Shown: positions 47,133 through 57,063, numbered from the stretch's first letter. The stretch: DNA of 64,000 nt from Vicinamibacteria bacterium (GCA_965199715.1 OZ241322.1:1088001-1152000); one strand, 5' to 3'. Notes: a model not told the origin generated them from the letters alone. Translations and numbers: made by a program.

Positions 47133-47516
47133 GTGCTGTTGCTGCTGCTCGCGCTGGCGGCGCCGCAGTCGCCGTTGCTGGAGGCGGCGCTGAAGAAGCG
47201 GGCCGAGGTGGAGCGGATCCGGGCCGCCGAAGGCCCCGCCCCCCGGTTCGCCGGCTACGGGAACGCGAGCGACCCCGCGCCCGTTCCGGAGCCTCCCGAG
47301 GTCGAGGAGCCCGAAGCGGCTCCCGTCAGGGCCTCTCCCGACCGCGAGGAGGAGCTTCGGGAGCGGCTGCTCGACCTGGAGGCGGCGCTCGTCTCGATCG
47401 GGGCGAGCGGGCTGCCGCTGCCTCCCCGGAACCCGAACCGCTTCCACGGCGCGCTGGACGCGGCCCGCATCCGCGCCGAGATCGAGGACGTGCGCGAGGA
47501 GTTGCGCCGCTACTGA
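47133..47516 (+). CDS. Small secreted hypothetical protein
   Basis: GAGGTG start context, hydrophobic N-terminus, Pro/Glu linker, coiled-coil C-terminus. Confidence 0.55.
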   Translation: MLLLLLALAAPQSPLLEAALKKRAEVERIRAAEGPAPRFAGYGNASDPAPVPEPPEVEEPEAAPVRASPDREEELRERLLDLEAALVSIGASGLPLPPRNPNRFHGALDAARIRAEIEDVREELRRY

Positions 47517-48340
47517 AGGGTCAGCCGCAGCGGCGGGCGGCCGGCGCGGACGAGGGTCGCCCCCGCCGGCGGCTCCAGTTCGAGGACGGCGTACTCGCCG
47601 ACGGGATCGCCGGCGCCGGCCATGATCGCCTCGCCCCCGAACGCGAACATCGCCCGCACCGCCCCGTCGGTTTCGACGAAGCCCCGCAGCACCGGGGCGA
47701 CGTCCGTACGCCGAATCTCGGGCGGATGGGCCGCGACGGCGACGGGCTGGACCCGCGGGGCGGGCGCAACCGGGGCCGGCGGCGGTTCGTCGAGCCAGGC
47801 CAGCAGCGCGTCCAGCCGCGGGTCGGCGGCGAGCCCGTCGGGATCGGGAGGAGTCCCGGGGTCCGGCCAGAGCACCGAGGCGAAAGCGGTGAGGGTCGCG
47901 GGTCCGACGGCGCGCATGGAGAGGTCGGCGCGGTCGAGGCGGACCGGAAGCCGGCTCGATTCGAGCCGCTCGAGGAACCGGACCAGACTCGCGGCCGGCC
48001 CGGCGGCGGTCAGCCGGACGTCCGAGCCGAGGGCGCCGGTCGGCGGCCGCTGGAGCGGCTCGAAGCGCGTCTCCGGGACCTCCACTCCGGCGGAGCGGGC
48101 GAGCGCCAGCAGCGTCTCGCGGGCGCCCGCGGCGTCCCCGGGGGCCGGAGAGAGCCGGTCCAGCACCTCGGCGAGGCGCTCGCGGCGCGCCTCGGTCTCG
48201 CGACTCTCGGCCGCGCCGCGCGCTTGGGCGGCGGCCCGCTGGCCGATCTCGGCGAGCTCGGCGCGAACGTCCCGCTCGCGGGTTCCGAGCAGCGCGGCGG
48301 CCGCCGCGACCAGCGCCAGCAGCAGGAACCGGAGGCTCAC
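47510..48340 (-). CDS. PilO/GspM-like membrane-anchored protein
   Basis: N-terminal TM, coiled coil, LVRFLERLESSRLPVRLD; third gene of a coupled trio. Confidence 0.5.
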   Translation of the reverse strand: MSLRFLLLALVAAAAALLGTRERDVRAELAEIGQRAAAQARGAAESRETEARRERLAEVLDRLSPAPGDAAGARETLLALARSAGVEVPETRFEPLQRPPTGALGSDVRLTAAGPAASLVRFLERLESSRLPVRLDRADLSMRAVGPATLTAFASVLWPDPGTPPDPDGLAADPRLDALLAWLDEPPPAPVAPAPRVQPVAVAAHPPEIRRTDVAPVLRGFVETDGAVRAMFAFGGEAIMAGAGDPVGEYAVLELEPPAGATLVRAGRPPLRLTLQ

Positions 48341-48834
48341 GGCGCGAGGCGGAAGTCGATGCGGGCCCTGACGCCGCCGTCGGGACGCAGCGTTTCGCTG
48401 ATGACCGAGGTCTCGCCGCTCTCGCCGAGGCGGGCGAGGAGTTCGGCCACCGCGCCCGGCCCGTCCGCATCGGCCGCGATCGCGACGCCCATTCCCCGGA
48501 CCGGGTCGGGGGCCAGCTCGATCTCGGTGACCCGCGCGCCGGCGGCGGAGGCGTCGAGCACGAGGCGGACCGCGCCGGAGAGCGAGGGCGCGTCGAGCGC
48601 GCCGGCGGCGAGCAGCGCGGCGGCGGCGCCCATGCGCTCGTCGGGTTCGGCCGGCGCCGGCGCCGCCGGAGCCGGAACCGCGCCGGCGGCTTCGAGTTCG
48701 CGCGTCGCTTCCCGCAGCCCCCATCCGAAGAACGCCGCCGCGAGGACGCCGGCGACGATCAGGAGGTCCAGCGCCCGGGCCGTCCCGCGGCGAGGCCGGC
48801 GGCCGAGCTGGACGCCCTTCGGGACGCGGGGCAC
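48337..48834 (-). CDS. PilN-like membrane-anchored protein
   Basis: Single TM then a short ferredoxin-like pattern (ARVTEIEL...VAELLARL); lies between PilM-like and PilO-like genes. Confidence 0.45.
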   Translation of the reverse strand: MPRVPKGVQLGRRPRRGTARALDLLIVAGVLAAAFFGWGLREATRELEAAGAVPAPAAPAPAEPDERMGAAAALLAAGALDAPSLSGAVRLVLDASAAGARVTEIELAPDPVRGMGVAIAADADGPGAVAELLARLGESGETSVISETLRPDGGVRARIDFRLAP

Positions 48835-49632
48835 TCAGGTGGCCTTCCGGCGGAGTAGGGCCGAGAGCGCCAGCTCGGGGATCGGGTCGGCGGAGGCCGT
48901 GGCGTCGAGCGCCGCGGCGACGGACTCGGCCCCCTCCCCTCTCACGAGGATCGAGGCGTCAGGCGGGATCGACTGGCGGACCGCGGTCGCCGCCGGGGCC
49001 GGGTCGCCGGCGGACCGCAGCTTGAAGCGGAACGACTCGACGCAGGCGTCGCGGGCGCCCACGAGGACGAAGTGGCGCCGGTCGAGGAGGACCAGGGCGC
49101 GGACGCCGGAACCGGCGGCGAGCCACTCGGGCACGAGCGCGAGGCTGCATGCGTCCACCCAGCGCACCGCGACTCCGCACGCCTCGACCGCCCCCTCGTA
49201 CTGACGGGCGACCGAGGACCGGATCGCGGCGCCGAGGAGCGCGCGGCGGCCGGGGCCGCGGGTCGCGATCCAGTCGCAGCGGTAGCGCCCGTCGGCGCCC
49301 GGGGCCAGATCGTCGAGCAGCCGGGCGCGCAGCCGGGCCTGGCGAAGCGACCGGGGCCCCTCGACGAGGCGCATGTGCGTCGAGCGGTCCGGGAGCGCGA
49401 GCACCGCGCGCTTGAACGACCGGGGCGCGAGCGCGTGGAGCGCCGACTGGACGAAATGGGCGGCGTCGGCGGTGGAGGCGAGATTCGGGGACTCGGGCGA
49501 GGGAGTCAGGAATTTCTCCGGCAGCGGAACCCGCGCCGAGGCCCCGTCACCGGACAGCGCGACCAGTTCGTCGGGCGCGAAGGCGAGGCCGACGACGCGT
49601 TCCGCCGCTCGCTCGCTCAGGGGAAACCGCAC
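48835..49632 (-). CDS. PilM/GspL-like actin-fold protein (short, divergent)
   Basis: LPEKFLTPSPESPNL, AVLALPD, VARQYEGAVEACG, WVDACSLAL. Confidence 0.55.
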   Translation of the reverse strand: MRFPLSERAAERVVGLAFAPDELVALSGDGASARVPLPEKFLTPSPESPNLASTADAAHFVQSALHALAPRSFKRAVLALPDRSTHMRLVEGPRSLRQARLRARLLDDLAPGADGRYRCDWIATRGPGRRALLGAAIRSSVARQYEGAVEACGVAVRWVDACSLALVPEWLAAGSGVRALVLLDRRHFVLVGARDACVESFRFKLRSAGDPAPAATAVRQSIPPDASILVRGEGAESVAAALDATASADPIPELALSALLRRKAT

Positions 49633-49754
49633 CGGGACACTCGTCGGGGACGCCGCAAGGGTAACCGCCGGCGCGGTGGTAGCATGGCGCGTTTTCCGAT
49701 CGGGGCCATGGCGGAATCCGCCGCCCCGCCTTCGTGTCCGCGGACGGGAGAAGC

Positions 49755-51821
49755 ATGGGCGCCTACGAGACGAATGACATCCGCAACGTGATCGTCGCCG
49801 GCCACGGGACGGCCGGGAAGACCACGCTGGTTTCCGCGCTGCTCCATGCCGCGGGCGCGGCGAACCGCCTCGCCCGGGTCGAGGACGGGAACACGACGAC
49901 GGACTACGACGAGGAGGAGATCGAGCGCGGAATCAGTCTCAGCGCCGCCCTCGCCCACTGCGAGTGGAGCGGCGCCAAGCTGAACCTGATCGACACGCCG
50001 GGCTACAGCAACTTCATCACCGAGGCGCGGCTCGCGGCCCCGGTGGCCGACGCGATGCTGATCGCGGTCTGCGCGAGCGACGGGGTCTCGGTGAACACGG
50101 AGCGCGTGTGGCGGTTCGCCGAGGAGGGTCGGCTCGGGGCCGTGCTCGCAGTGACCCGCATGGACCGGGAGCGGGCGTCGTTCTCCGGCGCCGTGGCGCA
50201 GATCCAGAACGCGTTCGGGCGCTCCGCCGTGCCCATCCAGATCCCGATCGGCGAGGGCGAGGACTTCCGCGGCGTCGTGGACCTGATCCGCGGCCGGGCG
50301 ATTCTCGGGCCGGGACCGGACGGCGGCGCGCCCGAGGTCGTGGAGATTCCCGCGGATCTGGCGGACGCCGCCGAGGAGGCGCGCGCCGAGCTCATGGAGC
50401 TGATCGCCGAGTCCGACGAGACGCTGCTGGACCTGTTCTTCGACGAGGGAGAGCTGAGCGAGGAGCAGATGGTCGGGGGGCTGAGGACCGCGGTCGCCGC
50501 CCGGCAGGTCTTTCCGATCGCGGCCGCCTGCGGCGGGCGCAACCTCGGAACCACCGCGCTGCTGGACCTGCTCGTCCATTCGTGTCCGGATCCGACCGGA
50601 CGGGGAGCCCTTCCCGGCGTGGACGAGAACGGCGAGCCGGCGGAGCGGGCCGTCGATGGCGACGCGCCGACCAGCATCTACGTGTTCAAGACGATCGCCG
50701 ATCCGTTCGCGGGCCGGTTGAACCTGTTCCGGGTGATGAGCGGGCGGCTCAGGGCGGACGCGACGCTCGCGAACCTCGCGAGCGGCGAATCGGAGCGGCT
50801 CGGCGGCCTGAACACGATGAACGGGAAGACGATGGAGCCCGTGACGGAGCTCGCCGCCGGCGATCTCGGCTGCGTCGCCAAGCTGAAGGGCACCGGCACT
50901 GGCGACACGCTCGCCGACGGCGGCGGAACCCGCTTCGTGCGTCCCGAGATCCCGCGTCCGGTCATCAGCTTCGCGGTGATTCCGAAGTCGCGCGGCGACG
51001 AGGACCGGATCTCGGGGGCGCTCCAGCGCCTCGCCGAGGAGGATCTGACGCTCAAGTACGCCCGCGACATGGAGCTTCTCCTGTCGGGATCGGGACAGCT
51101 TCACATCGAGGTCATCGTCTCCCGGATGAAGCGCCGGTTCGGCGTGGAGGTGGAGCTTCGCCGGCCCCGGGTGCCGTACCGGGAGACGATCACGAGGACC
51201 GCGGACGCGCACGGACGCCACAAGAAACAGAGCGGCGGCCACGGCCAGTTCGCCGATTGCCACGTCCGGGTGGAGCCGCTCGAGCGCGGCGGCGACTTCG
51301 AGTTCGCGAGCGAGATCGTCGGCGGATCGATTCCGCGCCAGTACATCCCGGCGATCGAGAAGGGGTTTCAGGAGGCCCGGCGGAAGGGCGTCCTCGCCGG
51401 GCACCCGGTGGTGGACTTCAAGGCGACCGTGTTCGACGGCAAGTTCCACGCGGTGGACTCCTCGGAGATCGCGTTCAAGATCGCGGCCTCGCTCGCCTTC
51501 AAGGACGCCATGACCAAATGCGGCCCGGTGCTTCTGGAGCCGATCATGTCGGTCGAGATCCAGATTCCCGAGGACTCCACCGGCGACGTGCTGGGCGACC
51601 TGAACTCGAGGCGCGGGCGGACGCAGGGGATGGAACAGAAGAACGGCCAGACCCACATCACCGCGCAGGCCCCGATGGCGGAGATGCTGACCTACGAGCC
51701 GACGCTGACCTCGCTCACCGGCGGACGCGGCGGGTTCCACATGGATTTCTCGCACTACGACCCGGTTCCGGGGAACCTGAGCAAGGCCATCATCGAGGCG
51801 GCGCAGGCGAAGGACCGATGA
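49755..51821 (+). CDS. fusA: Elongation factor G paralogue (EF-G2)
   Basis: GHGTAGKTTL, DYDEEEIERGIS, IDTPGY, GQLHIEV, VPYRETI, KKQSGGHGQF, DGKFHAVDSSE, GDLNSRRG. Confidence 0.93.
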   Translation: MGAYETNDIRNVIVAGHGTAGKTTLVSALLHAAGAANRLARVEDGNTTTDYDEEEIERGISLSAALAHCEWSGAKLNLIDTPGYSNFITEARLAAPVADAMLIAVCASDGVSVNTERVWRFAEEGRLGAVLAVTRMDRERASFSGAVAQIQNAFGRSAVPIQIPIGEGEDFRGVVDLIRGRAILGPGPDGGAPEVVEIPADLADAAEEARAELMELIAESDETLLDLFFDEGELSEEQMVGGLRTAVAARQVFPIAAACGGRNLGTTALLDLLVHSCPDPTGRGALPGVDENGEPAERAVDGDAPTSIYVFKTIADPFAGRLNLFRVMSGRLRADATLANLASGESERLGGLNTMNGKTMEPVTELAAGDLGCVAKLKGTGTGDTLADGGGTRFVRPEIPRPVISFAVIPKSRGDEDRISGALQRLAEEDLTLKYARDMELLLSGSGQLHIEVIVSRMKRRFGVEVELRRPRVPYRETITRTADAHGRHKKQSGGHGQFADCHVRVEPLERGGDFEFASEIVGGSIPRQYIPAIEKGFQEARRKGVLAGHPVVDFKATVFDGKFHAVDSSEIAFKIAASLAFKDAMTKCGPVLLEPIMSVEIQIPEDSTGDVLGDLNSRRGRTQGMEQKNGQTHITAQAPMAEMLTYEPTLTSLTGGRGGFHMDFSHYDPVPGNLSKAIIEAAQAKDR

Positions 51822-52591
51822 CCGGACGCCTCGCGCTGACGCTCGGCCTCGCGCTCGCCGCCGCCGCGTGCGGCTCCGACCCGACCGCTCCGGCCCCGCC
51901 GCTCCTGGTGGTCCCGGCGCCGCTGCCGGAACCGGCGCCCGCTCCCGAGCCCGGCCCCGAGCCGGAACCGGAGCCCGATCCGTCGTGCGCGGCGCCGGCC
52001 CGCTACGAAGCCGTGCTCGAGGCGATATGGGATGCGACCACGCACGGGAACGAGCCGCCCTTCCCGCTGAGCGCGCACTTCTCGCGAGTGGTCGGGGCGA
52101 CCCATCTCGAGGACGTCTCGTTCTGGGCCCGGGGCGACGTCGCCTCGCCGGGCGTCGAGGTCATGGCCGAGACCGGGGGCGTCGGAACGCTCTGCCAGGA
52201 GATCCGCGGCGTGTCCGACCAGGGCCGGAGCAGCACGTGCATCAGCGGCGGCGAGGCCTCGTTCCCGTCGCCCGGCCGGCAGCGGTTCGACTTCAACGTG
52301 GATCCGGCGCAGCCGTTCGTGACGTTCGTCTCGATGATCGCTCCCAGCCCCGACTGGTTCGTGGGGGTGAGCGGATACGACCTGATGGACGAGGACGGCT
52401 GCTGGAGGGACCGGGTCCGCATCAACCTGATCGGCTACGACGCCGGGACCGACCGCGGCTCGAGCTTCCTCGCCCGCAACGCCGACGCGACGCCGCACGA
52501 GCCCATCGGGCTGATCGAGGAACTGCCGTCCGACGTGCGGACGGAGCCGTTCGCGCGGCTGATCCTGACTCCGCTGGATCCGCCGCAGTAG
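51818..52591 (+). CDS. Spondin_N domain lipoprotein
   Basis: LAAAC lipobox, Pro/Glu linker, AHFSRVVGATH, ASPGVEVMAETG, SMIAPSPDWFVG, YDAGTD. Confidence 0.88.
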   Translation: MTGRLALTLGLALAAAACGSDPTAPAPPLLVVPAPLPEPAPAPEPGPEPEPEPDPSCAAPARYEAVLEAIWDATTHGNEPPFPLSAHFSRVVGATHLEDVSFWARGDVASPGVEVMAETGGVGTLCQEIRGVSDQGRSSTCISGGEASFPSPGRQRFDFNVDPAQPFVTFVSMIAPSPDWFVGVSGYDLMDEDGCWRDRVRINLIGYDAGTDRGSSFLARNADATPHEPIGLIEELPSDVRTEPFARLILTPLDPPQ

Positions 52592-52598
52592 TCCCGCG

Positions 52599-52970
52599 CT
52601 ACTCGGCCCCCGTCTCTCCCTCGACCCACTCGATCCGGGCCATCGGCGCTCCGTCGCCCTTGCGCGGGCCGAGCTTCAGGATGCGGGTGTAGCCGCCGGG
52701 GCGGGACTCGAAGCGCGGGGCGACCTCGCTGAAGAGGCGCGCGACCACGTGCCGGTGAGGAAGGATCTGGAGCGCCCGCCGGCGCGCCGCGAGATGGCCG
52801 CGGCGGCCCAGCGTGACCAGCTTCTCGACGAAGGGGCGCAGTTCCTTGGCCTTCGCCAGCGTGGTGGAGAGGTGGCCGTGGGTGATGAGGCTGATCGACA
52901 GGTTCCGCAGCAGCGCGATCCGGTGGGCGGCGTCGCGGCCGAGTTTCCGGTGGCCCATGCGGTGCCGCAT
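52599..52970 (-). CDS. rplQ: 50S ribosomal protein L17
   Basis: MRHRMGHRKLGR...TTLAKAKELR...RPGGYTRILK. Confidence 0.97.
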   Translation of the reverse strand: MRHRMGHRKLGRDAAHRIALLRNLSISLITHGHLSTTLAKAKELRPFVEKLVTLGRRGHLAARRRALQILPHRHVVARLFSEVAPRFESRPGGYTRILKLGPRKGDGAPMARIEWVEGETGAE

Positions 52971-53923
52971 CAGTGGTTCACTCCCATGCCGAGGCGCAGG
53001 TCCATGTTCGCGAGAACCCGCGAGATCTCGTCGATGCTCTTCCGGCCGATGTTCCGCTCCTTGAGGAGGTCCTTGTCGGACTTCAGGACCAGCTCGCCGA
53101 CCGTGGCGATGTGGGCGTTCTTGAGGCCGTTGAAGGCCCGGATCGAGAGCTGCTCGGAGAGATCCTCGATGCTCGTGTAGCGGTGCCGCTCGAAGGCGAC
53201 CTGATCCGGGTTCACCGGCGCGACGAGCTCGTCGGCGCCGACGTCCTCGCCGACGAAGATGCCGAGCATCTCCCGCAGCAGCCGGGACGCGACGCCGAGC
53301 GCGTCGAGCGGGGTCACCGAGCCGTCGGTGTGGAGCTCGAGCAGCAGCTTGTCGAAGTCGGTGTTCTGGCCGATCCGGGCCGGCTCGACCTTGTAGTTCA
53401 CCTTGCACACGGGCGAATGGGTCGAGTCCACCGGGATGAACCCGACCTCGGCGACGTCCTGGCGGTTCTGCTCGGCGGGGACGTGCCCGCGGGCGTTGCG
53501 GACGAGCATCTCCACGTTCAGCTCGCCCTCGTCGGTGAGCGTCGCGATGGGAACGTCGGGGTCGAGCACTTCCACGTTGTGGTCGGTCTGGATGTCCCCG
53601 GACGTGACCGGTCCCGGTTTCCTGGTCTTGATTCGCACGGTGCGGACCTGCGGCCCGTGCACGCGCAGCGGAACCCGCTTCAGGTTCAGGATGATGTCGA
53701 GCGTGTCTTCCTTGACGCCCTGGATGGTCGAGAGCTCGTGGGGCACGCCCTCGAACTTGACCGCGGTCACCGCGGCGCCCTCGATGGACGAGATCAGGAC
53801 CCGACGGAGGGCGTTGCCGACGGTGACGCCGTAGCCCCGCTCGAACGGGTGGGCCGAGAAGCGGCCGAAACTGGCGTTGCTCTCCTCGACGGTGAGGCCT
53901 CGCGGCCGCTGCAATTCGGGCAT
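52970..53923 (-). CDS. rpoA: DNA-directed RNA polymerase subunit alpha
   Basis: PFERGYGVTVGNALRRVLISSIEGAAVT, DFDKL, alpha-CTD NIGRKS. Confidence 0.97.
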   Translation of the reverse strand: MPELQRPRGLTVEESNASFGRFSAHPFERGYGVTVGNALRRVLISSIEGAAVTAVKFEGVPHELSTIQGVKEDTLDIILNLKRVPLRVHGPQVRTVRIKTRKPGPVTSGDIQTDHNVEVLDPDVPIATLTDEGELNVEMLVRNARGHVPAEQNRQDVAEVGFIPVDSTHSPVCKVNYKVEPARIGQNTDFDKLLLELHTDGSVTPLDALGVASRLLREMLGIFVGEDVGADELVAPVNPDQVAFERHRYTSIEDLSEQLSIRAFNGLKNAHIATVGELVLKSDKDLLKERNIGRKSIDEISRVLANMDLRLGMGVNH

Positions 53924-53944
53924 GGTGCCGTTCCTCGCTGTTCC

Positions 53945-54577
53945 CTAGCGCGAGTACAGCTCGACGATGAGCTGCTCGCGGATCTTGAGCTGGGGGTCCT
54001 CGCCGGTGGGCAAGGCGGTCACGACGCCGGTCGCGGCGTCCTCGACGTTGCGCTGAAGCCAGTCGGGCGCCGGACGGGACTCGAGGGCCTCCATGATCGC
54101 CTTGAAGAAGTCCTTCTTCCGCGTTCGTTCGCGGATGCCGACCACGTCGCCCCGGTCCACGACGTAGGACGGGACGTCCACCCGCTTCCCGTTGACCTGG
54201 ACGTGTCCGTGGCGGACGAAGAGCCGCGCCGCCGGACGCGAGGAAGCGTAGCCCAACCGGTACACGACGTTGTCGAGCCGCCGCTCCAGCAACTGGAGCA
54301 GCGCGGCGCCGGTGACGGCGCGTTCGCGCTCCGCCCGCTCGAAGCAGAGGCGGAACTGGCTCTCGAGAAGCCCGTAGGCGCGCTTGGCCTTCTGCTTCTC
54401 GCGCAACTGCAGGCCGTACCCCTGCACCCGCCCGCGCCGCGACTTGCCGTGCTGGCCGGGGGCGAAGTTGCGCTTCTCGATGGCGCACTTCGGGCTCTGG
54501 CAGCGATCGCCCTTCAGAAAAAGCTTGGCGCCCTCCCGCCGGCAAAGCCGGCAGACGGGACCTCGATATCTGGCCAA
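53945..54577 (-). CDS. rpsD: 30S ribosomal protein S4
   Basis: ARYRGPVCRLCRREG, QLREKQK, LERRLDNVVYRLG, IVELYSR. Confidence 0.97.
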   Translation of the reverse strand: MARYRGPVCRLCRREGAKLFLKGDRCQSPKCAIEKRNFAPGQHGKSRRGRVQGYGLQLREKQKAKRAYGLLESQFRLCFERAERERAVTGAALLQLLERRLDNVVYRLGYASSRPAARLFVRHGHVQVNGKRVDVPSYVVDRGDVVGIRERTRKKDFFKAIMEALESRPAPDWLQRNVEDAATGVVTALPTGEDPQLKIREQLIVELYSR

Positions 54578-54587
54578 ACTCGACCTC

Positions 54588-54986
54588 CTAGTTCCGGCGC
54601 CGCTTCGGCGGCCGGCACCCGTTGTGCGGAATCGGGGTCACGTCCTTGATGGACCGGATCGCGATCCCGGCGGCGTCCACGGCGCGGATGGCGGCCTCGC
54701 GCCCCGCCCCCGGTCCGCGGACGCGGACGTCCACGTGCGAGCAGCCGAGCGAGCGGGCCTCGCGGGCCGCGGCCCCCGCCGCCTGCTGGGCGGCGAACGG
54801 CGTCTGCTTCCGCGAGCCGCGGAAGCCCTGCGCTCCGGCGCTGGACCAGCAGACGACGTTCCCCGCGGGATCGGCGAACGTGATGATGGTGTTGTGGTAC
54901 GTCGCGTGGATGGACACGACGCCGGCGGTCAGCGTCCGCCGCTCGCGGCGCTTGGCGGCGCGGCGCTTCGCTTTCTTCTTGGCCAT
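54588..54986 (-). CDS. rpsK: 30S ribosomal protein S11
   Basis: [30 protein letters not shown]. Confidence 0.97.
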   Translation of the reverse strand: MAKKKAKRRAAKRRERRTLTAGVVSIHATYHNTIITFADPAGNVVCWSSAGAQGFRGSRKQTPFAAQQAAGAAAREARSLGCSHVDVRVRGPGAGREAAIRAVDAAGIAIRSIKDVTPIPHNGCRPPKRRRN

Positions 54987-54992
54987 GATGCC

Positions 54993-55343
54993 CTAGCGGC
55001 GGCGCGGTCCGCGGCGGGTCCGCGCGTTGGTCTTGGTGCGCTGGCCTCGGGCGGGGAGTCCCCGCCGGTGGCGCAGGCCCCGGTAACAGCCGATGTCCAT
55101 GAGCCGCTTCAGGTCCATGGACAGACGCTTCCTGAGATCTCCCTCGACCGCGCCCTCCTCGTCGAGGATGCGGCTGATCTGGCTGACCTCGTCCTGGCTC
55201 AGCTCGCTGATCCGACGCGATCCGTCGATCCCGGCGCGCTCGAGGATGACCTCCGAGCGATGCCGCCCGATCCCGAAGATGCGGGTCAGTCCGATGTCCA
55301 CCCGCTTGGCGGGCGGCAGATCAACGCCGGCGATGCGAGCCAT
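54993..55343 (-). CDS. rpsM: 30S ribosomal protein S13
   Basis: [34 protein letters not shown]. Confidence 0.97.
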   Translation of the reverse strand: MARIAGVDLPPAKRVDIGLTRIFGIGRHRSEVILERAGIDGSRRISELSQDEVSQISRILDEEGAVEGDLRKRLSMDLKRLMDIGCYRGLRHRRGLPARGQRTKTNARTRRGPRRR

Positions 55344-55370
55344 GGCGGCCTCCCGTTCGGGTCATGAGCG

Positions 55371-55484
55371 TCATCCCTGGCGCTGCTTGTGGCGCGGGTT
55401 CTCGCAGATCACCCGCACCACCCGGCGGCGGCGGACGATCTTGCACTTCGCGCAGATGCGACGGACCGATGCACGTACCTTCAC
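55371..55484 (-). CDS. rpmJ: 50S ribosomal protein L36
   Basis: Not in the ORF track; manual translation (GTG)[36 protein letters not shown]. Confidence 0.95.
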   Translation of the reverse strand: MKVRASVRRICAKCKIVRRRRVVRVICENPRHKQRQG

Positions 55485-55493
55485 TGTCGCCTC

Positions 55494-55715
55494 CTACTTG
55501 CACCGATAGACGATGCGCCCGCGGGTCAGGTCGTAGGGCGAGAGCTCCACGAGCACCCGGTCCCCGGGCAGGACCTTGATGAAGCTCTTGCGCATCTTGC
55601 CTGACACGTGGGCGAGGACCTGATGGTCCCCGGTGTCGAGCTTCACTCGAAACATGGCGTTCGGCAGCGGCTCCATGACCACCGCCTCAACCGAGATGGC
55701 GTCTTCCTTCGACAA
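55494..55715 (-). CDS. infA: Translation initiation factor IF-1
   Basis: [36 protein letters not shown]. Confidence 0.97.
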   Translation of the reverse strand: MSKEDAISVEAVVMEPLPNAMFRVKLDTGDHQVLAHVSGKMRKSFIKVLPGDRVLVELSPYDLTRGRIVYRCK

Positions 55716-56493
55716 TGGGTTCCCCTTGTTGGACGGCCCGGGCGCCGCGGGGCTCGCAGAGCACCCACGGGCCGGACTCGGTGATGGCGATGGACCGTTC
55801 GAAATGGGCCGACAGGCTGCCGTCGGAAGTGACGACCGTCCAGCCGTCGCGCTTCGCGGCGACCTCGGGACCGCCGCAGTTCACCATCGGCTCGATCGCC
55901 ATGACGTCGCCGGCGGCCAGCCTGGCTCCCTGTCCCGGCGCGCCGAAATTGGGGACCCACGGCTCCATGTGGAGACTGGTCCCCACGCCGTGGCCGCCAT
56001 ATTCGCGCACGACCGAGTAGCCGTGCCGCTCGGCCCACGTCTGGACGGCGTGGCCGATGTCGGAAACCCGCCCGCCGGGACGGGCCATCTCGATGCCGGC
56101 GTACAGCGACTCCTCGGTGACCTTGAGCAGCCGGGCGGCCTCGTCGGAGATCGCGCCCACGGGGACGGTCATGGCGTTGTCGCCGTAGTAGCCGTCCACG
56201 ATGCAGCCGAAGTCGAGGCTGACGACGTCGCCTTCCTTGAGCCGCCGCCAGCGGGACGGAATCCCGTGGACGACCTCGTCGTTGACCGAAACGCACAGGC
56301 ACGCGGGGAAGCCCCGATACCCCTTGAAGGCGGGCGGCACCCGGTGCCGCTTCAGGTTCCCGGCGGCGATGCGGTCGAGCTGCGCGGTGGTCATGCCAGG
56401 CTCGATCCGCTCCCGGATCAGCTTGAGCGTCTCCACGGTGATCGCGTTCGCCTGGTGCAGCTTGTCCAGCTCGGCGTCGGTGCGGGGGATCAC
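55687..56493 (-). CDS. map: Methionine aminopeptidase type I
   Basis: [34 protein letters not shown]. Confidence 0.95.
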   Translation of the reverse strand: MIPRTDAELDKLHQANAITVETLKLIRERIEPGMTTAQLDRIAAGNLKRHRVPPAFKGYRGFPACLCVSVNDEVVHGIPSRWRRLKEGDVVSLDFGCIVDGYYGDNAMTVPVGAISDEAARLLKVTEESLYAGIEMARPGGRVSDIGHAVQTWAERHGYSVVREYGGHGVGTSLHMEPWVPNFGAPGQGARLAAGDVMAIEPMVNCGGPEVAAKRDGWTVVTSDGSLSAHFERSIAITESGPWVLCEPRGARAVQQGEPIVEGRRHLG

Positions 56494-57062
56494 GCCGGAA
56501 CCTCCGTTTCCTGGAGGGCGGAGCGCAGCCGCCGGGCGATCTCCTCGGGGGCCCCCACGCCGTCGATCTCGGCGAGGTCGTCCCGGTAGTGGTCGAGGAG
56601 GGGACGGGTCTGCGCCTCGTACACGTCGAGCCGCGCCTCGAAGGCGCTTTCGGAGTCGTCCTGCCGGCCTTCCTCGAGGCGGCGGCCGCGGATGCGGGCG
56701 ACGAGCTCCTCCCGGGGCACCGCGAGGTTCAGGACGGCGCTCCGGGCGCCGAGCCGGTCGAGCGCGCCGCCGAGCGCCTCGGCCTGCGCCCCGGTGCGGG
56801 GGAACCCGTCGAGCACGGCCCCGCGCTCGCAGTCGCTGCGGGAGAGGCGCTCCTCCATGATCCCGATCATCGTGGGATCGTCCACGAGCTTCCCGGCGGC
56901 CATGACCTCGCGCGCCCGGCGCCCGAGCTCGGAGTCGCCCGCCGCCGCCTCGCGCAGGATGACGCCGGTGGAGACGTGCGGGATCCCGAGATCGCGCGCC
57001 AGGCCGGCGGCCTGGGTGCCCTTGCCCGCGCCCGGGGGGCCGAGCAGGATGATCGCGAGCAC
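56490..57062 (-). CDS. adk: Adenylate kinase (short, no LID)
   Basis: GPPGAGKGTQ, LDGFPRT, GRQDD. Confidence 0.95.
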   Translation of the reverse strand: MLAIILLGPPGAGKGTQAAGLARDLGIPHVSTGVILREAAAGDSELGRRAREVMAAGKLVDDPTMIGIMEERLSRSDCERGAVLDGFPRTGAQAEALGGALDRLGARSAVLNLAVPREELVARIRGRRLEEGRQDDSESAFEARLDVYEAQTRPLLDHYRDDLAEIDGVGAPEEIARRLRSALQETEVPA

Positions 57063-57063
57063 G

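Noticed and set aside
51915-51985. Imperfect 6-bp repeats (CCGGAA/CCCGAG)
   Set aside because: They encode the Pro/Glu linker of the spondin lipoprotein; degenerate and in frame, not a CRISPR or contingency locus.
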